Origin: an uncultured Gammaproteobacteria bacterium
GTDB lineage: Bacteria > Pseudomonadota > Gammaproteobacteria > CAWCPV01
Direction of reading: 5' to 3'
Assembly: GCA_963797555.1 (NCBI GenBank)
Contig: CAWCPV010000007.1
Location: 544,001-608,000, forward strand
Length of the DNA: 64,000 nucleotides
Positions 55,472 through 64,000 of this stretch are shown here, piece by piece. Within the stretch, counting starts at the first letter, position 1; each line of letters opens with the position of its first letter. A program made the position numbers and the translations under genes. The notes beneath the pieces are model-generated. The model ran no database searches and was not told the origin of the DNA. It saw only the letters and a program-made list of their open reading frames with translations.

Positions 55472-55846
55472 TCAGTGGAGGGAACGCGGCATGGACAGGG
55501 TGAAGGGCGGAATCGGGGTGTCGAACAGGGTGCCGTCGTCTGCGCGCAACTGGTAGCTGCCGCGCATGCTTCCGACGGGCGTTTCGATCACAGCACCGCT
55601 GGTGTAGCGGAATGCTTCGCCGGGCTTCAGGTGGGGTTGCTCTCCGACCACACCCTCGCCGCGCACTTCCTGCACCCGTCCGTTGGCATCGGTGATGACC
55701 CAATGGCGCCGCAACAACTGCGCCGGGACCGTGCCGGCATTGTGCACGGTGATGGTATAAGCGAACACATAGCGCTTATGCGCCGGGGAAGACTGGTCCT
55801 CGATGTAGCGCGTCTCGACCTGGATGTTGATGCGGTAGGGTTCCAC
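55472..55846 (-). CDS. apaG: ApaG protein
   Basis: YVFAYTI, RHWVITD, GEGVVGEQP, YTSG, GSMRG. Confidence 0.96.
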   Translation of the reverse strand: MEPYRINIQVETRYIEDQSSPAHKRYVFAYTITVHNAGTVPAQLLRRHWVITDANGRVQEVRGEGVVGEQPHLKPGEAFRYTSGAVIETPVGSMRGSYQLRADDGTLFDTPIPPFTLSMPRSLH

Positions 55847-55983
55847 TTCGTAAGCTCGCCTCTAATGATGGTTGAGTCCTGCGGCGCGGCGGCACGGCCG
55901 CGCGACAAGGAAATCTCCGTATGGTATACGCCGAGCCGGGGTGATGGCCGCACGGCTGGGACCGCCAGGCCGCTTGCAGGACG

Positions 55984-56967
55984 TCATAGACGGCTTGCGG
56001 CGAGCGCTGCTCCCAGCAGCCCCACCTTGGCGTTGACCACGACTTGCACGGGAATGTTGACCAGTACCTCGGACATCCGCCCCTTGGCCAGGAAGTGCTG
56101 CATGAAGCTGCCCGCCTGCAGCCTGCGCAAAATCTTCGGGGCGATCCCTCCCGCGACGTAGACTCCGCCGGACGCGAGGCAGGCCAATGCCAGGTTGCCG
56201 GCCTGTGCCCCATAGATCGCCACGAACATGTCGAGAGCGCGTTCCGCCAACGCATCGCTCTGGTTCATGGCCGCTTCTGCGATCGCCGCACCTGCGTCGC
56301 CCGTTTCGGACGCCTCTACAATCTGGGCACTCCCGCGGTCCGGCTCTTGCTCGTGCAGAAACCTGTAAATGTTCGTCAGGCCGGGACCGGAGAGCACCCG
56401 CTCGTAGGAGACGTGTCCGTAGCGGCGCTTCAGATAGCGCAGGAGATCGACCTGCGCCGCGTCGGACGGTCCGAAGTCCGCGTGGCCTCCTTCGGTGGGC
56501 AAGGGCTCATAGTGGTCGCCCTGCCAGACCAGAATGCCCTGGCCGAGCCCGGTGCCAGCCCCGATGACGGCGCGCGGCGCTCCCGGATCGCCCGTCCGAC
56601 GCTGGAGGACCACGAGATCTTCGTCGCTCAGCCCGGCTATGCCGTACCCTGTCGCCTGGAAGTCGTTGATCAGACGGACTTTGTCGGTCCGCAATACGAC
56701 GCGCAGGGTGTGGGTTGAGAGGTGCCAGGGGAGGTTGGTGACGCGGACCTCGTCGCCGTGGACCGGGCCAGCGACCGCGATACAAGCGCCGGCGAGACGA
56801 CCCTTGCCCCCGTGCTCCCGGAGGAATGCCTCCAACAAGTCGGAGAAGTCGCCGAACGCGCGGCTATCGTAGCGTTGCTCCGCCAGCAGGCGCGGTCGGT
56901 CGTCCGCGAACTCCGTGAGGGCGAGCCACGTCTTCGTCCCTCCGACGTCACCGGTCAGGACCCTCAT
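55984..56967 (-). CDS. glk: glucokinase
   Basis: GDVGGT, INDF, GAGTGLG, EGGH, ERVLSGPG, GGIAPK. Confidence 0.95.
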   Translation of the reverse strand: MRVLTGDVGGTKTWLALTEFADDRPRLLAEQRYDSRAFGDFSDLLEAFLREHGGKGRLAGACIAVAGPVHGDEVRVTNLPWHLSTHTLRVVLRTDKVRLINDFQATGYGIAGLSDEDLVVLQRRTGDPGAPRAVIGAGTGLGQGILVWQGDHYEPLPTEGGHADFGPSDAAQVDLLRYLKRRYGHVSYERVLSGPGLTNIYRFLHEQEPDRGSAQIVEASETGDAGAAIAEAAMNQSDALAERALDMFVAIYGAQAGNLALACLASGGVYVAGGIAPKILRRLQAGSFMQHFLAKGRMSEVLVNIPVQVVVNAKVGLLGAALAASRL

Positions 56968-57676
56968 CCCCTGTCCCCCAGCGGCTCCAGACGTGCAGCT
57001 TGCCTCTGCGCACAGCCTTTCCAGGCACGCTCGGGCGCCCGGCCGGAATCGACTCCATGCTGGTCCGAGCCCTCGGGGACTTTGCCAGGGGCTGCGCTAG
57101 CCCGCGCATGCCTGCATCCCGAGCGGCCGGTGTGCTGCGAGCATCCACCGAGATTACGATGGCCAGTACCACGTCTTCGGCCTACCAGCATTGACTGTGG
57201 CCGCGGTGTCGGTCGTGCCATCCCGAAGCGCTCTCGATGGGATACGGGGGACGCTGCGCTCATCGCCCAGGTACCCGGACGGATGTGCGGCCGCTCGCTG
57301 CAGGCGACCCGGTCGAGTATACCGTCGGATGGTCCTCCTGTCTGCGGAGGCGGCACGCGGCGGGTGCGCTTCCAGTTTCCACGTTCTGCCGTGAACGTCA
57401 AGCGGCACAGCGGCGGAGCGGCAGTGACACTCTTTTACGATCTCCGACGCGCCTGTGATGTTGTTCGCCAGAGTTAGCGGCTACCTTAATGCCCAGGTAC
57501 CGGATGGGCCAAGCGGAAGACAATCGGTACGCAGCGCGGAGGGTTCTCCAAGAGGCTGCGCGCTGCGGACTTGGCTTGCTCCGCACGCCTCTCCGGGCCG
57601 ATGGCAAGCCGTCACGAGTCTCCGGCACGCCGTCCCGCGTCCTTAGGACTAACTCTCATTATTCGGAGATATCTCG

Positions 57677-57922
57677 ATGAAAAAGGCCGTATTGGCTGTT
57701 ACCGCGCTGAGCGTGTTCTTCGCCGCCTCTCTGCCTGCTCTGGCCAAGAAGAGCCCGGAAGACGTTTGCAAGGGGTTGGCGGAGAAGCACCACGTCACCG
57801 CCGAGAAGATGGATGCCTACATGAAGACGTGTGTCGAGAAGCACACCAAGAAGACGCACAAGGCGCCCGCGGCTGAGCCCACCGCCCCCAGCACGCCGGC
57901 TCCCTCAAAGCCGGCCGAATAA
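57677..57922 (+). CDS. small secreted two-cysteine protein
   Basis: Signal peptide MKKAVLAV...ALA; C-x18-C; Pro/Ala tail; GGAG RBS and downstream terminator. Confidence 0.8.
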   Translation: MKKAVLAVTALSVFFAASLPALAKKSPEDVCKGLAEKHHVTAEKMDAYMKTCVEKHTKKTHKAPAAEPTAPSTPAPSKPAE

Positions 57923-57946
57923 GTCTGGCCGGCAGTCTTACCTCCC

Positions 57947-57971
57947 ACCCCGCCGCTCGGCGGGGTTTTTT
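57947..57971 (+). terminator. rho-independent terminator
   Basis: ACCCCGCCG-CT-CGGCGGGGT followed by a T run. Confidence 0.8.
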
Positions 57972-58071
57972 CGGGGACCGGGGGCGGCGGCCTCCGTCTG
58001 TCCCTCGGCCCTCAATCCCAAAACCGATAGAATGCTGTCATGACGACAGCCGTGCACCGCGGGGATTCGGT

Positions 58072-59613
58072 GTGACGCTCCGGCCGGCCGGGACGCCCCG
58101 TAGCAGGCCCGCCATCGTGTTGGTGGGTGCTTTGCTGCTGGGCATCTTCGCGGTTTCCCTATTCACCCTCAAGCTGCTGGCAGGGCAGCGCACCCTGCTT
58201 GACGAGGCAGTGCGCGAATCCCAGGCTCAGGCCATGACCTTGCTGGCGGACAGTGTCGAGCAGGCGCTGCTCGGGGCCGTCCGTACGCCGTTTCTGGTCC
58301 TCAAGAACATCCCCCTCGGTGCGCAGGACATGGTCCACCGTGTGGATTGGGTATGGGCTTCGTTCCCGGAAGTCGTGCAGGTGTTGTTCCTCGGCAGCGG
58401 TATGGATCTGCGGGAGAGCTTTCCGCCAGCGGCCGACGTGCGGGAACGAAAGGTCAATCGCTGGCTCGTTCAAAGGCTCGTGGTGGGAGGAGCGGAAAAG
58501 AAGGCGAGGCCCTTTGGGCTGCACACCTTCGTTGAATCGATGGCGGACGGCCCCGCACTGTTCGCGCTGCAACCGCTCAACGATATCGATCAGAGCCAAG
58601 GCTGGTTGCTCATCCGATTCGACTTGCCGAAACTGGAGGCACGCCGTGTGGCGCCGCTGCTAGACGTGTTCAACAAGGAACATGGGGGCAGGGTGCAACT
58701 CGCCGACGCCGAGGCCGACTGGGATGAGACCGCGGTGAACTGGCCGCTCAACCGGGTGCTCCCGGGCTGGATGCTGGTTTATCGCCCGGATGTGCACGAC
58801 GCCGAGCAGCGGCTCTGGCACCAGCGTGCGCTGTTGCTGGGGGTGGCGGGTGCGGTGTTGCTCGCCATGATCATGGTGACATTCTTCGTGTGGCGTGAGC
58901 TGCGTCGCGAGCAGGCATTGCTGGACCTTCGCAACCGCTTCGTGGCCAACGTGTCGCACGAGCTGAAAACCCCTCTCGCACTGATCCGGATGTATGCCGA
59001 GACCCTGCATCTGGGGCGCGTGACGGCGGAGGGCCGCCGCCACGATTACTATCGCACGATCCTGCGGGAGGCTGAGCGGCTTACCGAGATGATCGATCGG
59101 GTCCTGGATTTTGCGCGGCTGAGCCAGGGAGCGGACCTGTACCACCTGACCGCGATGGATCTGCGCGGCACGGTCGAGCGGGTCGTGGAGGACTACCGCC
59201 CGCGCGTCGAGGAGCGCGGTCTGCGCTTCGACGTGACGCTGCAGGAGAACCTGCCGCCCGTGGCCCACGACCCCCATGGGGTTACCCAAGTCGTGCTGAA
59301 CTTGGTGGACAATGCTGCGAAGTACGGTGCGCAGGGTGGTGTCGTGGCGGTGCGGCTGAGGGCGGACGGCGAGTGGGCCGACTTGGAGGTCGCCGATTGC
59401 GGACCCGGCATACCGGTGCACGAGCGCAACGAGCTGCGCAAGGCATTCCACCGGGGTGCGAGCGCGGGGCAAACGTCGGGAAGCGGCCTCGGGCTGGCAT
59501 TGGTCGAGCAGATCGCCCAGGCCCACCACGCCCACTTGATCCTGGATTCCCCCGAGGGAGACACTGGCACCCGGGCGGTTGTCTCCTTCCCCATGTACCG
59601 AGGCGGTGCGTGA
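58072..59613 (+). CDS. membrane sensor histidine kinase
   Basis: Two TM helices; NVSHELKTPL, NLVDNAAKY, DCGPG, GSGLGL. Confidence 0.92.
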   Translation: MTLRPAGTPRSRPAIVLVGALLLGIFAVSLFTLKLLAGQRTLLDEAVRESQAQAMTLLADSVEQALLGAVRTPFLVLKNIPLGAQDMVHRVDWVWASFPEVVQVLFLGSGMDLRESFPPAADVRERKVNRWLVQRLVVGGAEKKARPFGLHTFVESMADGPALFALQPLNDIDQSQGWLLIRFDLPKLEARRVAPLLDVFNKEHGGRVQLADAEADWDETAVNWPLNRVLPGWMLVYRPDVHDAEQRLWHQRALLLGVAGAVLLAMIMVTFFVWRELRREQALLDLRNRFVANVSHELKTPLALIRMYAETLHLGRVTAEGRRHDYYRTILREAERLTEMIDRVLDFARLSQGADLYHLTAMDLRGTVERVVEDYRPRVEERGLRFDVTLQENLPPVAHDPHGVTQVVLNLVDNAAKYGAQGGVVAVRLRADGEWADLEVADCGPGIPVHERNELRKAFHRGASAGQTSGSGLGLALVEQIAQAHHAHLILDSPEGDTGTRAVVSFPMYRGGA

Positions 59614-60299
59614 CTCCTGCGACGGTCTTGGTGATCGATGATGACCCGGCCATGCGCGCCGGGCTGACCGACAACCTCGAGGTGGAGGGTTATCGCGTGC
59701 TGACCGCCGCGACCCTTCGGGAGGGAAAGGAGTCCGTACTACGGCACAAGCCGGACCTCATCCTGCTGGACCTCATGCTGCCGGATGGTGACGGGGTGAG
59801 TCTGTGCCGCCAGCTACGTACACAGGGCCTGGAGCAGCCGATCATCATGCTGACGGCGCGCGGCGAGGAGATGGACAAGGTGCTGGGGTTCGAGGTGGGG
59901 GCGGATGACTACGTGGTGAAGCCCTTCGGGCTACGGGAACTGTTGGCGCGGGTACGTGCCCAGCTCCGGCGCAAACCGGTGACCAGCCTGGCGGGGGGGC
60001 CGGTGAGTGTGGGGGTCGCGCTCGTGGATTTTCAGCGTCACGTTCTGACCCGTGAGGGCGCGGTTCTCGAAATCAGTGCCAAGGAGATGGAGTTGCTGCG
60101 CCACCTCGTTAGCCATCGCGGCGAGGTGGTTTCCCGGGAGGATCTGCTGACCGAGGTATGGGGTCATCAGCGCGAGATTGCCACGCGCACCGTGGACAAC
60201 TTCATCGTGCGCCTGCGCAAGAAGATTGAACCGGATCCTTCCGAGCCGCATTATCTCATCACGGTGCATGGCAGTGGTTACAAGCTGGTGGAGCAATAG
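59610..60299 (+). CDS. OmpR-family response regulator
   Basis: LLDLMLPDGDG, GADDYVVKPF, RTVDNFIVRLRKKIE, TVHGSGY. Confidence 0.94.
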   Translation: MTPATVLVIDDDPAMRAGLTDNLEVEGYRVLTAATLREGKESVLRHKPDLILLDLMLPDGDGVSLCRQLRTQGLEQPIIMLTARGEEMDKVLGFEVGADDYVVKPFGLRELLARVRAQLRRKPVTSLAGGPVSVGVALVDFQRHVLTREGAVLEISAKEMELLRHLVSHRGEVVSREDLLTEVWGHQREIATRTVDNFIVRLRKKIEPDPSEPHYLITVHGSGYKLVEQ

Positions 60300-60667
60300 C
60301 CTCGCGACTCCTGCCGGCCCTTCCGCAGACTGCGCCGCGCTTGCCAAGGGCCCAGTGCGGCTCTATGCTGAGGGGCCCTGAATGTCTCGGCGTAGCGACC
60401 TGTAGGTGAGGGTGTAGGAATAGCAAAATCAATCGGGTATGGATCGGCGCTACTCGCGCAGCGTAACTTTTCGCGGGCTCTGCGACTCCACTCGCGAGCG
60501 ATCTGTCCACACAGGCAGGCGGCGCATGGCTAAGTCCGCCCCGAAGCGGGGGCATCGCGCAGCCTCGGGAGAGTTCGATGCACGCTGCACCGGGGCCGGC
60601 ACCGGCGCCGTGCGCGAAGATCTGGGGATGGCTGGCACGTAAAAGGTAGTGGCTGAGGAGCCAGGAC

Positions 60668-60877
60668 ATGTACCTCAAACAGAAGGCGACCGGAGATCTC
60701 GTGGAGGTGTTGGACCTCGCCCTGCTGTTCGATCCCTTCAAGCTGGAGATCAGCGGGCGACTCCACGTCGGGGAGGAACTCCAGGACCCCGCCACGTTCA
60801 GCAAGGCCGAGTTGATCTTTCCGTCCGGCGAGCCACTGCCGCGCTGCTGGGTGGACCCGCACTACCGCGAACACTAG
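60668..60877 (+). CDS. small conserved hypothetical protein
   Basis: LVEV.....LFDPF......H.GEELQDP..F.K..L.FPSGE.LPRCW.DP.Y; RBS present. Confidence 0.75.
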   Translation: MYLKQKATGDLVEVLDLALLFDPFKLEISGRLHVGEELQDPATFSKAELIFPSGEPLPRCWVDPHYREH

Positions 60878-60910
60878 GCCGTCACGGCCTAAACGCCACT
60901 GCCGCAGGGC

Positions 60911-63900
60911 TCAGGACACATCCAGCGGCGGCCTCTCGGGCGCTGCGGGGAACGCCTTGATGTAGACGTCTCGCTGCGGATAGGGAATGACGATGCCCGC
61001 TTCCTTCAGAGCATCCCAGATTCCCAACAGGACTTGAGATTTCACCTCGAGGCGGTTGTAACGGCGCACGTCCATGAAGTACTGGACGTGGAACTGGACG
61101 GAGGAGTCGCCGAATTCACTGAGCCATACGCGCGGCTCGGGCGGGTCTAGCACGGCGGGGTTGTGCTTCAGTGCCCGCTCGATGATCTGGCGGGCTTGCC
61201 GCGGGTCGGCGTCATAGCTGACGCCTACCACGAGCTTGGTGCGTACCACGTTGTCCGTGTGCGTCCAGTTGGTGAAGGCGTGGGAGATGACCTCGGAGTT
61301 CGGAATGATTACCTCTTGATTGTCCCAGGTCTTGACGGTCAGGGAGCGCATTCCGATACGCGTCACCTCGCCCTCGCTGTCCCCGATGTCGACGATATCG
61401 CCGGTTCGCAGCGGACGCTCCATGAGCAGCAGCAGCCCGCCGATGAAGTTGTTGGCTACGGTTTGCAGCCCAAAGCCGATCCCCACGCCGAGCGCGCCGG
61501 CGAAGATCGCCAGGGTGGTCAGGTCGATGCCGATGATGCGCAGCGTGATGAGCAGACCCGCAAGTACCACCGCGTACTGCGTAAATACAGAAACGCTGTG
61601 CCGCATGCCCAGGTCGCCGATGCCGGAATAGATCCAGCGGTAGGTGGCCTCCCGGCTCCAGCGCCCGGTCCAGATCACCACCATCAAGGCGAGCACGGTG
61701 AGCAAGACGCTCTTGATGTCGATCGGGGTCGTTCCGATGGTGAACAGCGGACTTTCCAGGATGCTCATGAGGTATTTGACGGCCGCCGACTCGGCGCCCC
61801 AGCCATACAACTGGAACAACACGACCCACGCGAGCACGAACAGCGCCACCCGCCCGATGCGATGCAGCGGCTCGATGAAGCCTTGCGCCCAAAGCAGTCC
61901 GTAGTTGGAGTGCAGGTTCACGTAGTTCTTGAGGAATACCGAGAGATCCCGCAGCATGCCTGCCACGACCAGCCATGCGGCAAGCACGGCGAGGAACCAC
62001 AACAGATGCTGGCCGAGGGCCCAGGCGAGATTCACGTAACCCGCCAGTCCCAGCGCAGCGGCAGCGAGGACCGAGAGGGGCACCAGCAAGCTGAAGAGTC
62101 GGACCAGTCGCAGCCAGTACGCACCGTCGAAGTTCTCACCGAGCAGTTGGAGAACCAGTCGGCGGATCCCCAAGGTCGGCCATACGATGAGGAACACGAA
62201 CAGCATGAAGGTGCGGTCTATGAAATCCCGGAGCAGCGCGGGCAGCGCGATGAGGTGCCCCATCACTGTCAGCGTGGAAAGAATGCCGCCGACCAGCAGC
62301 ACCCAGCGGATCTGTGCGTACAGCCGCTCTTGCTTGCGCTGATGCGGTACGTTGGGCGCCTTGAGGAGTGCCCACGCGATGTCGATGAGGAGCTTGTTGC
62401 CGAGCCAGATCGCGAGCACGGACGGTACCAGAGTCAGCGCCGGCTCGGGGACGTCCAGCAGCCAAAGAGCGAGCAGCAGCACGCCGGCAATGCCTAGGCC
62501 GAACAAGCTGCGTAGCAACAGGTCGAGCGAGATCAGCACGATGTCGTTGGAGAAGCTGCGCTCCTTGGCCTCTGCTGCGCGGATCACACGCCCGACCAGC
62601 GCCCGTCCCCAATAGATCAGGCCCAGCCATGGCACGACCAGCAGTACGAGTGTCAGCCAGCTTCCGGCTTTAGCCTGGGCGGCGGCCTGTGTGGCGGCGA
62701 CGGATGCCTCCCACACCTGTTGCAGGGACATCATCGGCAGCAGCGACATCTGCTGAAGGAAAGACTTCCAACCTTCCACGTCGCGGGGTACCAGGGTGCG
62801 TCTGGCGAAGAGGCCGCGGCGGAAGCTCTCGTCGTAGGCGAGCTTCACGTCGCTGTATTTCTCCTGAGCGGTATCGACGACCGGGCCGATCTCGGTGGCA
62901 GCCTCCTCGAGGTCGGCCACCAGGGAGGCGAGAATGCGCCTTTCGTCGGCATTGTTCCTGCGCACCGCGTCGGTCGGTTTCTCGCGCTTGGCCACGACTT
63001 CCTCTTCCTGACGCAGGACGGCGGTCTTGCGTTTCAGCAGCGACTGCGTGGAAGTGAAATCGTCGATAAGGCCCCGGAGTTGGTCGAGGGCGGTCTTGAG
63101 CGTCTGGGTGGGCGTGTCCGGGCTGAGCCGCATAGCCTCCAGACTGTTCAGCGTGCTCCTTCCCTGAGCCAGGTTGATCTGCAGTTGGACCAGACGGCCC
63201 CGCGTCTCCGCGTCGTCGGCTCGGGTTTCCAGTAGGCGACGCCGGGACTCCGCGGTCGGGTCGTCGGCCTTGACAGCTTCGGCCTGGGCGCGCAGGTCGA
63301 CTGCCTTTGCTGCCCACGCTTGCTGTTCCTTCTGGAGGCGGGTGCGAAGGTCCTCCAGCGCTTCGCGGCGGCTCTGCTCCTGCCCCGTGAGGTAGACCGT
63401 CTGTAGAGTCCGGTACCGTTCGTCCGCCAGACTCAGACGGTCGCGGGCAATCTGCTGGGCGACTTGGAGGCTGGTGAGATGTTGCTGCTCCAGATCGAGG
63501 AGGGCTTTCTTCTGGGCAATGGCGTCCTGTTGCTGCGTCAAATCCTTCTCGTGTGCCGGGCCCTGTTCGGGGGGTGGCGCGACGCCTTTCAGGGACTTGA
63601 CCTGGCTCTCCAAGTCGCGGATGGAGCCCTCCAGGTCCTCCATGACGCGCTGCTCTGCCTGCACGTCTAGCTTGGCACTCTCGAGCTGCACGCGCGCCGC
63701 TTCGAAGTCGAGCCGTGCCTGCTCGAGGACCGGAGCCGTGACCTTGGAGGCGTCGAGACTACTGCGCTGTTGCTGGAACTCGTCGCGCTTCTTCTGCAGC
63801 TCTGCCTGGGCGCGGTCCAGGGCTTGCCGCTCTTCCTGCAGCGCCCGGCGCCTCTCGGCCAGACTGGCGGCCTGCGGTGTTTCGGGCGGGGCGGCCAGCA

Positions 63901-63997
63901 CAGGCCAGAGGGCGCTCGCCAGCACGCCGAGAGCGAGGGCCAGCGCCCAGCCCTTGGCGGGATGCCGCCCCCCGACGCCGGCGCGGGTTGCGGCCAC
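60911..63997 (-). CDS. mechanosensitive channel, MscS family with large periplasmic coiled-coil (MscK-like)
   Basis: Signal peptide, long coiled-coil, many TM helices, GALGVGIGFGLQ..NNFIGG, IIPNS, NWT, IPYPQRD. Confidence 0.93.
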   Translation of the reverse strand: MAATRAGVGGRHPAKGWALALALGVLASALWPVLAAPPETPQAASLAERRRALQEERQALDRAQAELQKKRDEFQQQRSSLDASKVTAPVLEQARLDFEAARVQLESAKLDVQAEQRVMEDLEGSIRDLESQVKSLKGVAPPPEQGPAHEKDLTQQQDAIAQKKALLDLEQQHLTSLQVAQQIARDRLSLADERYRTLQTVYLTGQEQSRREALEDLRTRLQKEQQAWAAKAVDLRAQAEAVKADDPTAESRRRLLETRADDAETRGRLVQLQINLAQGRSTLNSLEAMRLSPDTPTQTLKTALDQLRGLIDDFTSTQSLLKRKTAVLRQEEEVVAKREKPTDAVRRNNADERRILASLVADLEEAATEIGPVVDTAQEKYSDVKLAYDESFRRGLFARRTLVPRDVEGWKSFLQQMSLLPMMSLQQVWEASVAATQAAAQAKAGSWLTLVLLVVPWLGLIYWGRALVGRVIRAAEAKERSFSNDIVLISLDLLLRSLFGLGIAGVLLLALWLLDVPEPALTLVPSVLAIWLGNKLLIDIAWALLKAPNVPHQRKQERLYAQIRWVLLVGGILSTLTVMGHLIALPALLRDFIDRTFMLFVFLIVWPTLGIRRLVLQLLGENFDGAYWLRLVRLFSLLVPLSVLAAAALGLAGYVNLAWALGQHLLWFLAVLAAWLVVAGMLRDLSVFLKNYVNLHSNYGLLWAQGFIEPLHRIGRVALFVLAWVVLFQLYGWGAESAAVKYLMSILESPLFTIGTTPIDIKSVLLTVLALMVVIWTGRWSREATYRWIYSGIGDLGMRHSVSVFTQYAVVLAGLLITLRIIGIDLTTLAIFAGALGVGIGFGLQTVANNFIGGLLLLMERPLRTGDIVDIGDSEGEVTRIGMRSLTVKTWDNQEVIIPNSEVISHAFTNWTHTDNVVRTKLVVGVSYDADPRQARQIIERALKHNPAVLDPPEPRVWLSEFGDSSVQFHVQYFMDVRRYNRLEVKSQVLLGIWDALKEAGIVIPYPQRDVYIKAFPAAPERPPLDVS

Positions 63998-64000
63998 TCA

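Noticed and set aside
57000-57670. ncRNA (SRP, 6S or tmRNA) in this intergenic region, and likewise at 60300-60660
   Set aside because: GC-rich hairpins are present, but I could not match any conserved signature motif by eye.

Overview
GC-rich gammaproteobacterial chromosome segment (Chromatiales-like gene order, inferred from synteny). Bases 1-8.8 kb are a putative defence island: the C-terminal part of an Avs4-like STAND NTPase, two tandem stand-alone TIR genes, a DUF29 gene, a TPR-S-patatin-transmembrane fusion, and a WD40 gene remnant abutting the 5' part of a broken tRNA-Leu. Core genes follow: queA-tgt-yajC-secDF, suhB, trmJ-cysE-iscR-iscS-iscA, a degraded ndk, rlmN-pilW-rodZ and mobAB. 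Next is a FixL-like heme-PAS kinase with a receiver protein and RssB/RssC-like genes. The accessory zone at about 28.5-52.5 kb holds a YcbK-like peptidase, VOC and CMD genes, recD2, a PhoX-like phosphatase, secreted proteins, a truncated MalT-like regulator, many toxin-antitoxin remnants, an IS21 nested in an IS3, an IS1380, ISL3/ISNCY remnants and a MITE-like repeat. The window ends with dacB, a CPA1 antiporter, a GT2, apaH-apaG, glk, a two-component pair and an MscS/MscK channel. Many genes carry single frameshifts, probably assembly indels. No rRNA, intact tRNA or CRISPR array was seen. All family assignments come from motif recognition by eye; no database search was run. The best candidate for a new system is the TIR-TIR/DUF29/TPR-S-patatin cluster.
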